NCBI GenBank assembly: GCA_963718895.1
Contig: CAVRAG010000007.1
Location: forward strand, 128,001-192,000
Direction: 5' to 3'
DNA length: 64,000 bases
DNA from: an uncultured Nitrososphaerota archaeon
GTDB taxonomy: Archaea > Thermoproteota > Nitrososphaeria > Nitrososphaerales > Gagatemarchaeaceae
The position numbers and the translations under genes were made by a program. Below, in pieces: positions 39,284-49,906 of the stretch. Under the pieces are notes generated by a model. That model was not told the origin of the DNA, searched no databases, and saw only the letters and a list, made by a program, of their open reading frames with translations. How positions within the stretch are numbered: the first letter of the stretch is position 1; the number at the start of each line of letters is the position of its first letter.

Positions 39284-40036
39284 ATGGAAGGAATCGTGCA
39301 GGTCTTTCCCCTTCGCGGGATCCCAAGGGTGAAGCCAGGCGACGACCTGCTCCAGCTGCTCAAGCGCTCGCTCGAGGAAGGCGGAATAGTTCTCCAGGAC
39401 TCGGATGTGGTCGTCATAACCCAGAAGGTCGTCTCCAAGTCGGAGGGCAGAGTGGTGAAGATAGACGAGGTGCGCCCGGGCAGGAAGGCCAAACTCCTCG
39501 CCGAGGAGATGCAGAAAGACCCCAGGACTGTCCAGGTGATCCTGAGCGAGTCCAAGAGGATCGTGCGGAAGGGCCACGGCGTCCTCATAATGGAGACGAA
39601 GCACGGCTTCGTCTGCGCCAACGCGGGCATCGACCAGTCGAACGTCGAGGAGGGGTACCTGACGCTGCTCCCCGAGGACCCCGACAGGAGCGCCAGAGGG
39701 TTGCGGAAGAGGCTCGAGGCAGAGACGGGGAAGAAGCTGGCGGTGGTGATAACGGACACCTTCGGGAGGCCGTGGCGCGACGGCCAGATCGACATCGCCA
39801 TAGGCTGCTCAGGTCTGTCCCCGCTCGAGGACCTTGTCGGCACGACCGACCCGTACGGCCACACGCTGAGGGTGACCCAGCCCGCGATCGTCGACGAGAT
39901 TGCATCTGCCTCGGAGCTGGTGATGAGGAAGCACTCGCTGACCCCAGCTGCCGTGGTCAGGGGCCTCAGCTACAAGCGCAGCGACGCCGGCGTGCGGAGC
40001 ATCGTCAGGGAAAGAAGACTGGACCTCTTTAGGTGA
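39284..40036 (+). CDS. cofE: Coenzyme F420-0:L-glutamate ligase
   Basis: KVVSKSEGR, ANAGIDQSN, LLPEDPD, ITDTFGRPWR. Confidence 0.95.
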   Translation: MEGIVQVFPLRGIPRVKPGDDLLQLLKRSLEEGGIVLQDSDVVVITQKVVSKSEGRVVKIDEVRPGRKAKLLAEEMQKDPRTVQVILSESKRIVRKGHGVLIMETKHGFVCANAGIDQSNVEEGYLTLLPEDPDRSARGLRKRLEAETGKKLAVVITDTFGRPWRDGQIDIAIGCSGLSPLEDLVGTTDPYGHTLRVTQPAIVDEIASASELVMRKHSLTPAAVVRGLSYKRSDAGVRSIVRERRLDLFR

Positions 40037-40042
40037 GCAGTC

Positions 40043-40957
40043 TTGAGACTGGTAGTCCTCGCTGGCGGGACCGGGTCGGCAAAGCTGCTCAGGGGCCTGA
40101 AGGCGGAGGCCGGCGAGTTCACGGTGGTCTCGAACGTAGGCGATAACTTCTGGCACCACGGGCTGTACATCGCGCCGGACGTCGACATCGCAGTCTACAC
40201 GCTGGCAGGGCTCGAGGACCCCGTCAGGGGGTGGGGGATCAGGGATGACACCTTCAACGCGCTATCGCAGCTCGGAAGGATGGGGGAGGAGACGTGGTTC
40301 AACCTAGGGGACAGGGACCTGGCGACACACATCTTCAGGACCGAGCAGCTGGGACGCGGGATGAGGCTGGGAGACATCACCCTGGCGATCTGTCGGAGGC
40401 TGGGAGTGAGTCAGCGGGTGATTCCCTGCACCGACGACAGACTGGAGACCTACGTCGCGACCCGGACGGGCGCGATGCACCTCCAGGAGTTCTGGGTCAA
40501 GAACAGGGGCGAACCCGAGGTGACTGGCGTGGAGTACAGGGGCGAGGACGGCGCCAGGCCCGATCGGAGGGCGGTCGAGGCCCTCGAAGGGGCGGAACGG
40601 ATAGTCTTCTGTCCGGCGAATCCCGTGACGAGCATCATGCCCATCCTTGCGGTCAACGGGATCAGGCAGGCGATCGCCAAGAGCGCGGCGAGGAAGATCG
40701 CCGTCTCTCCGATGGTCGGCGGTTCCCCGGTCACCGGGCCGGCGGGCAAGTTGATGAAGGCCATAGGCCTCGAGGCGAACTCGCTCGCGGTCTCGAGGCT
40801 CTACAAGGGGCTCATTGATTGCATGATGATCGACCCAACAGACTCGAACCAGGCCGAGGCGATCGAGGGGGAAGGGGTGAGGGCCGCGGTCGGCTCCATC
40901 CTCATGAGGACCCCGGACGACGAGGCGCGGCTTGCCCGCGACGTCCTGGCCCTGTGA
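40043..40957 (+). CDS. cofD: 2-phospho-L-lactate transferase
   Basis: LAGGTGSAK, NVGDN..PDVD, WFNLGDRDLATH, HLQEFWV, PANPVTSI. Confidence 0.95.
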   Translation: MRLVVLAGGTGSAKLLRGLKAEAGEFTVVSNVGDNFWHHGLYIAPDVDIAVYTLAGLEDPVRGWGIRDDTFNALSQLGRMGEETWFNLGDRDLATHIFRTEQLGRGMRLGDITLAICRRLGVSQRVIPCTDDRLETYVATRTGAMHLQEFWVKNRGEPEVTGVEYRGEDGARPDRRAVEALEGAERIVFCPANPVTSIMPILAVNGIRQAIAKSAARKIAVSPMVGGSPVTGPAGKLMKAIGLEANSLAVSRLYKGLIDCMMIDPTDSNQAEAIEGEGVRAAVGSILMRTPDDEARLARDVLAL

Positions 40958-40970
40958 GCGGATCCGTGTC

Positions 40971-41667
40971 TCAGGACTCCCTTTCTGGGTTCTTGGAGGA
41001 TCCTCTCGAGGGCCCTCGGCTCCAGTCTGCGGGCGCGCTTCAGGGACCTCTCCAGGAAGTTCATCGTGCTGTTCCTCCGACCAAACTTGAAGTATCTATG
41101 GACGTCCCCTGCATGGTCGATGTCGAACGCCACGTTCTCGGAGTAGTACACCGCAGCCCTGGTAGCCGTGGCGGTAGCCTCCCTCAAGTGCTTGTTGAAG
41201 CTGTCATCGTCGTAGTGCAGGGCAATCCGGGTCTCCTTGGTCATGAGGAGGAGGTTGGTCCCGCTGTAGTCTTCGGAGGGAGAGACGATTATCGAGGATC
41301 CCATCCTGTGCAGCGTGAACACTGTCTTGATGTCGTTGGGAGAGATGAGCGGGAGGTCCGCGGGCATGATGAGCCAACCGTCGTAGTCCCCGAGCCTGGC
41401 CATCGAGCCCTCCACGGCTTCGTTGACCCCGCTGTCCCTGTCTTCCTCGATCGAACCAACCCCGTAGCGTCCTGCGAACTTCAGGATCTCTCGGTCGGAC
41501 GAGACGACGTAGGTGTGGGAGCTCTTCTTCGCCTTCGCGACAGCGTAGAGGGTGTCCTCCAGCATGGCGACCTGCAGCTGCTTCCGCTCCCTGGCCCCGA
41601 AGAGCGACGAGAGCCGGGCCTTCGGGTTCGAGCCCTTGACGGGGATTATGAGAGCGATCTTGTTCAC
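40971..41667 (-). CDS. cofC: 2-phospho-L-lactate (PEP) guanylyltransferase; 3' end uncertain
   Basis: IPVK..KARLS, MPADLPL, GTNLL, FDIDH; the ORF-track frame runs into cofD, so the true stop is probably near 40971. Confidence 0.88.
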
Positions 41668-42194
41668 TGCTGGCGCGCCCTCTTCAGCGGCTCGAACCTC
41701 CCGCTCTTGTTGTAGTTCAGCAGCCCAGCGTAAATGGCCCAGTGTATCAAAATGGTCGTGAGCAGCGACTGGTTCATCTCGGGCTCATGGTGCCAAGTGA
41801 TCCCTCTCTCGGCGAGGGCCTCCGCGACCTCCTCGGCCGAGACCGAGCCCTGCCTTGCGGCGAGCTCGACCGCCGTCTTGAACGGCTCGAGCTTCGCGAG
41901 CTGATCTGTGAGGAGCTTGACCTTGTTCCTCGAGGTCTTCTGGAACTTGTGCCCGAACTCGGTCAGTGAGATGTCACCCTTCTCGCTCTTTACAAGGCCC
42001 AGCAACTCGGCGGTATCAAGGATGGGAAGAAGGAACGCGATGTCGCCGCCGAGCTCGTCGGCGAGGCGGGAGGCGTCGATTACCGATCCTAGACCTCCGG
42101 TAACCTCGACGAGGCTAATGACCTGACCGGCCCTGACGTTACCGGGCATCATCGGGACCTTCTTGGCCTCTGTCTGGGATCGTCTATCTGCCAT
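41664..42194 (-). CDS. AAA-associated domain protein of a NitT/TauT ABC system
   Basis: LADELG..LLPILDTAELLGLV..GDISLT..IHWAIYAGL, immediately downstream of the ATPase. Confidence 0.75.
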   Translation of the reverse strand: MADRRSQTEAKKVPMMPGNVRAGQVISLVEVTGGLGSVIDASRLADELGGDIAFLLPILDTAELLGLVKSEKGDISLTEFGHKFQKTSRNKVKLLTDQLAKLEPFKTAVELAARQGSVSAEEVAEALAERGITWHHEPEMNQSLLTTILIHWAIYAGLLNYNKSGRFEPLKRARQQ

Positions 42195-42209
42195 CGAGGA
42201 ACACCACGC

Positions 42210-42960
42210 TTAGGCAAGGTACGAATAAAGCTTATCCACCCAAAGCAGGAACTCGTCGGACTTCTTGTTGCGCGGTCTCGGCAGGTCTATCTTGAGGTCG
42301 ACGACGACGTGTCCCGGCCTGGGGGAGAGCACGACGACCCTGTCCGCGAGCTCGACTATCTCCTCGACGTTGTGACTGACCATTATCACCGTCTGAATCG
42401 AGGTCGATGGGTTCATGAGAAGCGAGAATATCTCCCTGCGCAGGCGATCGGCGGTCAGGTTGTCGAGCGCGCTGAACGGCTCGTCCATGAGCAGGACCTG
42501 AGGCTGGATGGCTAGGGCCCGAGCGATGCCGACTCTTTGTTTCATCCCTCCAGATAGCTCGCCGGGGTAGACGTTCTCGAATCCCCCGAGACCTGCGCTA
42601 TCCAGCGCCTCCGTTGCCACCTTCCTCTTAAGCTCGTCAGTGAGATCGTTCCTCGAGGAGAGCCCGAAGACGACGTTCTCCAGCGACGTCTTCCAAGGGA
42701 GGAGGACGAAGTTCTGGAAGATCATGGCCAGCTCGGCACGTGGTTGATTGATGGGCTCACCTCGGAACTTCACGACGCCCGAGCTCGCCTTCGTCAGTCC
42801 CGCGATGATCCGGAGAAGGGTGGACTTGCCGCAGCCGGAAGGGCCGGTCAGCGCCACAAACTCGTTCTTGTACGCCGAGAGCGAGACGTCGACGAGCACC
42901 GGCATCTCCGCTTTCTCCTTCCTGAAGCTCAGGCTCACGCGTTCGACCTCGACTATCGGC
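42210..42960 (-). CDS. NitT/TauT family ABC transporter ATP-binding protein; start uncertain
   Basis: GPSGCGKST, FQNFVLLPW, LSGGMKQR, MDEPFSALD, SPRPG. Confidence 0.9.
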
Positions 42961-43138
42961 CCTCCTTCGTCCGCCGAGGCTTGGGGGGCGCGACCGATCC
43001 GGTCTCGACCTGGCCCGCCGAGGGCTGGACGGCTCTGGTCCGCTCCGACGCGCTTCCGAACCCGGAGGGGAGCCGAACTGTCAAGCTAACCGCCCCCGTG
43101 GGATTGTTCACCGGGATATCCTTTCTGGTCGCCGGAGC

Positions 43139-44806
43139 TCACCGGTTGTAGACGAACCGCTTGGTCACGAAGTGGTAGACCCTCCTCCAGACGGTGAGGT
43201 TGAAGGCGACTACCACGGCTGTCATCGAGAGGACGGCCAGCGAGAGGACCAGTCCGTCTCCTGCCCCGTTGTTGGCGTTTATCATGCCGCAGAGCTGGCC
43301 GTTGGCAGAGGAGATGGCACTGGACGCGCACCCGTAGGTCGCTATCACGATTATCTTCCCTATGCCGTCCCCCACCTGGGTCAGGGGGGCGCTGCCGGTC
43401 GAACCGAAGTACTCGGCGACGATTAGGGTGTTCCAGGCCGCTCCGATGGCCGTTATCGAACCGGTGACGAAGGCGGTCGCCACCGCTGGGAGGTATATGT
43501 TACGCCAAGCCTGAAGCGGCGACACCCTCAGGCTCCGCTTCAGCTCGCCGAGGTCCCCAGGTAGCGTCCTGATCCCCGCTATGACATTGAACAGGATGTA
43601 CCAGATCATGCCCAGGAATATGATTATCGCGGCGGTGAGCTCACCCGCCAGCATGCCCGCGAGCAGGGTGAAGGGGATGAGCGCCGGCAGCAGCGCGGGG
43701 GCGGGGATCGACGCGATGGTCTCTATCACAGGGACGAGGGCGTTGTAGGCCCTCTCGTGCAGCGCGACCAGGATGCCCACCGGGACGGCGACGAGGACGC
43801 AGATGAAGTAGACATACCATATCCGTACGAATGAGAAGGCGAGCCCGACGATGATGAACGCCTCGTCACCGGGCGCGGCGGCGAAGTCGGCCGTCAGATT
43901 GAACGAGTGCGCCCCGGTCCTCGCCGAGTTCACGAGGGTCCCGAACTCGAAGAGCAGGAACAGGACGACGAGGATGAGCAAGGCGTACTTCACACCCTTC
44001 CTGAACCTGTTGAGCGAAGAAGTCAGCGCGGTGACGCCCCTCCCCGGGCGGATCAGGAATAGCTTCGAGAGGCTCCTCGCGTTGACCCAAGAGTACCTCT
44101 TCATCAGCCAGTCCTTGTGACCGGCGCGCGGGTCGTCGCCGAACCTGTACTTCTCGGCCCAGAGCGAGAACTCGCGCAGGAAGACCACCTGCCATATCAC
44201 GACCGCGGCGATGAGGAGGATCAGGCAGGAGTAGTAGGCTCCGTAGTCGTGGGCGGTCCCGTAGGTGAGGATGTCGACGCCTATTCCTCGCACAGGAAGG
44301 TTCGAGGTCTCGGTGGAGATCACTTCGCTCGAGATTAGGTAGAACAGCCCCACGGCCCAGGATATCTGGGAGTTGTAGGCGATCCTGCTCAGCGAGGCTG
44401 GGATGTAGATCGAGACGACCCTCTGGAGCGAGCCCGCGCTGGACATCGAAGAGAGGTCGATGTAGTCCTGGGGTATCGATTTCACCGCCTCGTAGACCCC
44501 GAAGGATATGTTCCACGACATGCTGGTGAAGATAAGGAAGACCACGGCGAGGTCGATCCCTGCAGGTCCGGGGACCGCCGCGGCTATCCCGAGTATCACC
44601 AGAGGGAAGAAGCCCAGTATCGGTATCGACTGGAGCACGTCGAGCAGAGGGATTATGACCGCCTCCGCCTTTCGGTTGCGCGCGGCGGTTATCCCGACGA
44701 CGAGGCTGAACAGGATGCTGAAGAACAGCGCGAATATCATCCTGCTCCACGAGAACAGAAGATCGAGGGAGGTGGAGAACAGGTTGAAGTCTGCTGTCGT
44801 GACGAT
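43139..44806 (-). CDS. NitT/TauT family ABC transporter permease (two fused TM domains); start uncertain
   Basis: LDVLQSIPILGFFP, WNISF, GMIWYILFN, GAAWNTLIVAE. Confidence 0.88.
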   Translation of the reverse strand: MVTTADFNLFSTSLDLLFSWSRMIFALFFSILFSLVVGITAARNRKAEAVIIPLLDVLQSIPILGFFPLVILGIAAAVPGPAGIDLAVVFLIFTSMSWNISFGVYEAVKSIPQDYIDLSSMSSAGSLQRVVSIYIPASLSRIAYNSQISWAVGLFYLISSEVISTETSNLPVRGIGVDILTYGTAHDYGAYYSCLILLIAAVVIWQVVFLREFSLWAEKYRFGDDPRAGHKDWLMKRYSWVNARSLSKLFLIRPGRGVTALTSSLNRFRKGVKYALLILVVLFLLFEFGTLVNSARTGAHSFNLTADFAAAPGDEAFIIVGLAFSFVRIWYVYFICVLVAVPVGILVALHERAYNALVPVIETIASIPAPALLPALIPFTLLAGMLAGELTAAIIIFLGMIWYILFNVIAGIRTLPGDLGELKRSLRVSPLQAWRNIYLPAVATAFVTGSITAIGAAWNTLIVAEYFGSTGSAPLTQVGDGIGKIIVIATYGCASSAISSANGQLCGMINANNGAGDGLVLSLAVLSMTAVVVAFNLTVWRRVYHFVTKRFVYNR

Positions 44807-44907
44807 TCTTTGGCGGCTGAGTCCGTGATGTATTAGAGGCTATTGGCGCGATTCAGGTCCGATTCTCCCCGCCGTCGCGGACCCCTCCCGGACAGAGTAG
44901 GCGGTCC

Positions 44908-45411
44908 TCAGCGAATGTAGGAAGTGCTAGACGAGTCGAACCTGGTCACGGTCTCGAACTGGCCGTTGTCCCTGAACATCGCGAACTGCGATATCTCGGG
45001 GAAGAACTGGTGCAACGGCTTCGTCGCCATCTCCCCGGCGATGTGACCCTTGCCCAGGAAGTCGTCGGCAATCTTCCTCCCGAGGTCTCTGACCTGGGCG
45101 TCGTCGGTGAAACCGAGGGCGTGAAGGTACTCGTGGAGCAGTATCATGAACGTGAAGGCGTTCCGCTTGCTCCTCGCCCGCGTCGATCGCCACACGACCT
45201 TCACGATGTTCCTGTTCATCACTATCGCGTTGGAGCCAAGCTCGTGGTAGGCCCCCACGTTGTTCGGGATGTCCCCCAGGACGAGCGAGAGCCCGGCCCT
45301 GTGCATGTCGAGGGAGTCCTCCGCGGCCCTCTTGACGAGCTCGAAGACATCGTCGAAGCCCGTCGCGAGCGCTAGCCGCCTGGAATTCACGTTTGAGTTC
45401 GTTCTGTACAC
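44908..45411 (-). CDS. Small HExxH zincin-like hypothetical protein
   Basis: ILLHEYLHALGFTDD. Confidence 0.65.
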   Translation of the reverse strand: MYRTNSNVNSRRLALATGFDDVFELVKRAAEDSLDMHRAGLSLVLGDIPNNVGAYHELGSNAIVMNRNIVKVVWRSTRARSKRNAFTFMILLHEYLHALGFTDDAQVRDLGRKIADDFLGKGHIAGEMATKPLHQFFPEISQFAMFRDNGQFETVTRFDSSSTSYIR

Positions 45412-45575
45412 TCTCCTACATGAGACACGCCCCTAGTAATTAAGCTCCCCCATGGCGCTCGCCACACCCCGACCGACCTGTCGGGCAACCACGCGTCTGA
45501 TATCGGTCCGCTCGGACCAGAGGCGCCTCCGAGTGGCCCGCCTCGTCGAGCCAGGGAGGATTCGGACCGTCGGAG

Positions 45576-46553
45576 CTAGTCGTTCGCTCGACCGCAGTTC
45601 GGGCAGAAGACCACACCCGGCGCCAGGTAGTTCTTGCAGTAGACGCAGGTCCTCTGGGAGCTGGCCGCGGCGGGGAGGGGAAGCGAGGGTGTCGGTGGTG
45701 CGGATGTGGACGGGGGAGGGGCGGACGGCCCTGGACGCACCGCCTCGGAGGGGCCCTTCGATTCACCGGCCTTCCTGAGATGGCGGGCCCTGTTCCGGCC
45801 GCCGAGGAAGACCGCCAGCTCCAGGAGCGTGATGATCGGGACGAAGAGGATGACGTCCAGCAGAGGACCGCCGTCCGGGGTGATTATGGCGGTCCCGATG
45901 TAGGTGACGGCCCAGATTATGACCCTGTTCTTCCTGTAGGTCGAGGCCTGGAGGATGCCGAAGTCTATCACCGTGTAGACGTAGACCGGGATCGTGAACG
46001 CGAACCCGCTCATGGCTATCGTCAGGAAGACCGTGAAGTAGAAGCTCCCCGCGTCGACCAGAGGGGCGATGTTCACCGTGATAAAGAAGGGGGCGAGCGC
46101 AACGAGAAGGAACTTCGCGAGGAAGAAGTAGCCGAAAACGACCCCGAATGCGAAGAGGCCCGTGACGGCCCCGACGAAGGGGTAGATCAGCCCCTTCTCG
46201 CGCTCGTTGAGGGCGGGGCTGATGAAGCGGACGGTCTCGAAGGCGAAGATCGGGGCGTTGAAGATCAGAGCGAAGAGGACCGACGCCACGAGGTAGATCT
46301 CGAGGGGCTGGCTCAGGCCTCCAGAGGCTATCAGCGTCCATCCGTGTGGCAGGAGTTGTTGGTCCACGCTGTTGATGAAGAACCCGATCATCGGCCTGAA
46401 GCTGTTGTAACCCCCCGTGATGAGGGCGGCCGGGTCCTCCGGGACTACCAAGAAGACGGCAAGGATGACGACGAAGCTCGTGAAGGCGACTTTGAACCTG
46501 TGCTTCAGTTCCGATATATGCTCACGGAGCGACATCACGGTTTCGACGGACAA
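45576..46553 (-). CDS. tatC: Twin-arginine translocase TatC with Pro linker and C-terminal zinc ribbon
   Basis: MSLREHISELKHR, FISPALNERE, AIITPDG, LLE; tail CVYC..FCPNCG. Confidence 0.92.
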   Translation of the reverse strand: MSVETVMSLREHISELKHRFKVAFTSFVVILAVFLVVPEDPAALITGGYNSFRPMIGFFINSVDQQLLPHGWTLIASGGLSQPLEIYLVASVLFALIFNAPIFAFETVRFISPALNEREKGLIYPFVGAVTGLFAFGVVFGYFFLAKFLLVALAPFFITVNIAPLVDAGSFYFTVFLTIAMSGFAFTIPVYVYTVIDFGILQASTYRKNRVIIWAVTYIGTAIITPDGGPLLDVILFVPIITLLELAVFLGGRNRARHLRKAGESKGPSEAVRPGPSAPPPSTSAPPTPSLPLPAAASSQRTCVYCKNYLAPGVVFCPNCGRAND

Positions 46554-46679
46554 TGTTCCACTCTGGTCTCGAGCGTCTCACACGAGCGCGCTCTTGCCTG
46601 ATGAGCTGCTCGGCAATTGACTGAGACTGGGCGAATTGTTAAGGTTTTAAGCTTTCGAGAACCTAGGGGGTACCCTCGC

Positions 46680-47771
46680 ATGACAGGTGTCACGCTCGAA
46701 AATCTAGTCAAGAAATATGGTTCGGTCCAAGCGGTGAAGGGGGTTTCTCTGGAGATAGAGGACGGGTCATTCGTCGTCCTGCTCGGTCCCTCTGGTTGCG
46801 GCAAGACGACCACTCTGAGGTGCATAGCCGGCCTGGAAGTCCCAGACTCGGGCGATATCCGGATCGGCGACGTCAGGGTGAACGACATGCAGCCCAAGGA
46901 CAGGGACATCGCGATGGTCTTCCAGAACTACGCACTCTATCCCCACATGACCGTCTTCAACAACATAGCGTTCCCCCTCAAGATGAGGAAGGTTCCGAGC
47001 AACGACATCAAGATGCGCGTCCAGAAGGTCGCCGAGCTGCTGAACATCTCCGAGCTGCTCCCCAGGAAGCCGGGACAGCTCAGCGGAGGGCAGCAGCAGA
47101 GGGTGGCCCTCGCCAGGGCCATCGTCAGGCAGCCGAAGGTCTTCCTCATGGACGAGCCCCTCAGCAACCTCGACGCGAGGCTGAGACTGTACACGCGGGC
47201 CGAGCTCAAGAGGCTCAAGCAGGAGCTTAAGATCACGACGATCTTCGTCACCCACGACCAGGCAGAGGCCATGTCGATGGCCGACAAGATAGCGGTCATG
47301 AACGCGGGCGAGCTGGTCCAGTACGCCGAGCCCTACACCATATACAGCAAGCCCGCCTCTACCTTCGTCGCGAGCTTCATCGGGAGCCCCCCGATGAACC
47401 TGATGAAGGCCGTAGTGTCCCCTGCGGGTGGCGGACTCTCTCTCGACACAGGGTCCTTCAAGTACAATGTGCCCAGCGAGGACGTGAAGGCGATCAAGGA
47501 TGCAGGCGTCTCAGAGGTCACCCTCGGCATCAGACCCGAGGACCTAGCCCTCTCCACAAAGCAGACGAACGACGCGATATTCGACGCGGAAGTCTACGTC
47601 GTGGAGCCCCTCGGGGCGAACACGGTGGTCGACCTGAAGATGAAGGACGGGCTCTACAAGGCAGTGGCTTCAGGGACCTTCAGGGCCGACGTCGGCCAGA
47701 AGGTCTGGGTCACGTTCGCTCCTGAGCACACCCACGTCTTCAACACGGCCAGCGGCCAGGCAATCACCTAG
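46680..47771 (+). CDS. Carbohydrate ABC transporter ATP-binding protein (MalK/MsmX-like)
   Basis: GPSGCGKTT, MVFQNYALYPHM, LSGGQQQR, FVASFIGSPPMN, C-terminal TOBE-like domain. Confidence 0.93.
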   Translation: MTGVTLENLVKKYGSVQAVKGVSLEIEDGSFVVLLGPSGCGKTTTLRCIAGLEVPDSGDIRIGDVRVNDMQPKDRDIAMVFQNYALYPHMTVFNNIAFPLKMRKVPSNDIKMRVQKVAELLNISELLPRKPGQLSGGQQQRVALARAIVRQPKVFLMDEPLSNLDARLRLYTRAELKRLKQELKITTIFVTHDQAEAMSMADKIAVMNAGELVQYAEPYTIYSKPASTFVASFIGSPPMNLMKAVVSPAGGGLSLDTGSFKYNVPSEDVKAIKDAGVSEVTLGIRPEDLALSTKQTNDAIFDAEVYVVEPLGANTVVDLKMKDGLYKAVASGTFRADVGQKVWVTFAPEHTHVFNTASGQAIT

Positions 47772-47797
47772 GGCCGTCTTCGGGTCCGGCGCGCACC

Positions 47798-49906
47798 CTA
47801 GGCAGGCCCGACGAAGTAGAGCGGGTGCATCACCCTCAGTCTCGTCCCGTCGGTTATCTGCATGGCACAGACGCTGCTCTCGCTCGCGACCAACCTGGTC
47901 TTGCTCTCTTCGAAGAGTTTGAAGAGGCGGTCGCCGACCGCCATCGACAGGTCGTAGCCCAGAGGACCGTTCTTCATCCCGAAGGTCCCGGCCATCCCGC
48001 AGCAGGTTCCGGTCTCCACCACCTGCACCGTGTATCCGGCCCGCTCAAGGAACGCCATCGCCGGTACCCCGCCGCTCATGGCCCTCTCATGGCAGGCGAT
48101 GTGGAATCCGATCGGCTCGTCGGTGGGGAACGCCGCCTTGAGCTTGACCGCCCCCAGGTCGCTCTGAATCTTCGCAAAGAAGCTGGTGCTGACGGCCGCG
48201 ACCCTCTTCGAGGCATCCCCCGGGACTAGGTTCGGATACATCTCCCTGAGCATGTAGGTGGCCGTCGGCTCGGTCGCCACGACCCCGTAGCCGGACGCGA
48301 CGTAGGGCTCGAGGATCCCTAGGTTGAGCTTCGCGACCTCGGTCGCCTTCTCCACGTCCCCGTAGGAGATGTAGGGCATCCCGCTCCACTTCAGATCAGG
48401 AACCTCGACGGCGTAGCCCATGGAGCGGAGGAGGGCTATCGCCCGGTATCCGAGTTCGGGGTCGTTGTAGTCGGCATAGATGTCGGGGAAGAAGACCAGC
48501 TTGCCCTTCTCCCCGGTACCCTTGCTCGTGCCCTCGAGCCTGTCCCTCAGCCTCGTCCGGCTGAAATGAGGCAGGGTTCTCCTTCGGTCGACGCCCACGG
48601 CCTTCTCCATCAGGAAGCGGGTGAGCGACCTCCTGATCATCCAGTTCGAGACCGGGGCGGTGGCGGATGCCAGGCCAGCCAGCCGGTCCGACGCCATGAA
48701 GAACCCGTTCACTCTCAGCTGCCCGTTCTTCGCCACCTCTTCGGACTTCACCTTGGCTATCATCAGGGGCATGTCGATGTCCACCGGACAGATCTCCTTG
48801 CAGAGGCCGCAGGAGATGCAGAGGTGCGCGAAGGTCGCGTTCTCCAGGCCGTGGACCTCGGCCGTCCATGGGATGCCTATGGGGCCGGGATAGAGGTAGC
48901 CGAAGACGTGCCCGCCAACGATGCCGTATGTGGGACAGATGTTCATGCACGCCCCGCACCTTATGCAGTTTAGCGCGTCGTTGAACGAAGGGTCGTCGTG
49001 CATCTTGGTGCGCCCGTTGTCGAGTATGACGACGTGGAACTCCCGCCCGTCCGATGAACCGGCGAGCGGGACGTGCTGGGTGAAGATCGAGATGTAGACG
49101 GTCTGGCTCTGACCGGTCGCGCTGACCGCGTGGGCCTCGAGCAGTTGGGCGACGTCGTCCCACGACTGGATGATCTTCTCCATCCCCATCACCACGATGT
49201 GAACCTTGGGAAGGCTAGCCACCAACCTCGCGTTCCCTTCGTTGGTCTCGACGATTATCGTGCCAGTCTCGGCCACGCCTATGTTCGCCCCTGTCACGCC
49301 TATTTGGGCCGAGAGGAACAGCGGGCGCAGGTACGGCCTGACCTCCTTCAGGATGGCCTCGGGATCGGCAGGGATCTTCTTGTTCAGCTCGCGAGAGAAG
49401 ATCTCCGCGACGTCTGCGGTTGAGAGGTGCGCGGCTGGGGCGACGAGGTGGACCGGCTTCTCGTTGTTCAGCTGGACTATGAGCTCGCCGAGGTCCGTCT
49501 CCACGCACCTCACACCCGATTCTGCCAGGTGATGATTGAACTCTATCTCTTCGGTCGTGAGAGATTTCGATTTCACGATGAGCTCGGCGCCGGTCCTCTT
49601 CGCCAGCTCGGCAACATAGCGCACCGCATCCTCCCCCGTCTTGGCCATGAAGACGTGGCCCCCGTTCCGCCTCACCGATTCGGCGAACCGCTCGATGAGC
49701 TCGGGGTCTCCCGCCTTCCCGGCCTTCACGCGCCTGTCCGCTGCCTTCATCTCCTCGACCTCGATGCCGAACTCCGCGAGCCCGACCTTCCGGTTCGTCC
49801 GGCTTCTCGCCATCGACCCCCACATCTTGTCCGAGGCCGGGCGGTTCGCTATTGCGCGCTCTACGTCCTCCTTGAGCTTCTCTCTTGCGGTTGTCACGAC
49901 TCTCAC
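47798..49906 (-). CDS. LutB/LldF-like LUD and 4Fe-4S protein fused to CCG domains
   Basis: KSKSLTTEEI, ETDLGE, TNEGN, CIRCGACMNICP, CISCGLCKEICP, CCGMAGTFG. Confidence 0.85.
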   Translation of the reverse strand: MRVVTTAREKLKEDVERAIANRPASDKMWGSMARSRTNRKVGLAEFGIEVEEMKAADRRVKAGKAGDPELIERFAESVRRNGGHVFMAKTGEDAVRYVAELAKRTGAELIVKSKSLTTEEIEFNHHLAESGVRCVETDLGELIVQLNNEKPVHLVAPAAHLSTADVAEIFSRELNKKIPADPEAILKEVRPYLRPLFLSAQIGVTGANIGVAETGTIIVETNEGNARLVASLPKVHIVVMGMEKIIQSWDDVAQLLEAHAVSATGQSQTVYISIFTQHVPLAGSSDGREFHVVILDNGRTKMHDDPSFNDALNCIRCGACMNICPTYGIVGGHVFGYLYPGPIGIPWTAEVHGLENATFAHLCISCGLCKEICPVDIDMPLMIAKVKSEEVAKNGQLRVNGFFMASDRLAGLASATAPVSNWMIRRSLTRFLMEKAVGVDRRRTLPHFSRTRLRDRLEGTSKGTGEKGKLVFFPDIYADYNDPELGYRAIALLRSMGYAVEVPDLKWSGMPYISYGDVEKATEVAKLNLGILEPYVASGYGVVATEPTATYMLREMYPNLVPGDASKRVAAVSTSFFAKIQSDLGAVKLKAAFPTDEPIGFHIACHERAMSGGVPAMAFLERAGYTVQVVETGTCCGMAGTFGMKNGPLGYDLSMAVGDRLFKLFEESKTRLVASESSVCAMQITDGTRLRVMHPLYFVGPA

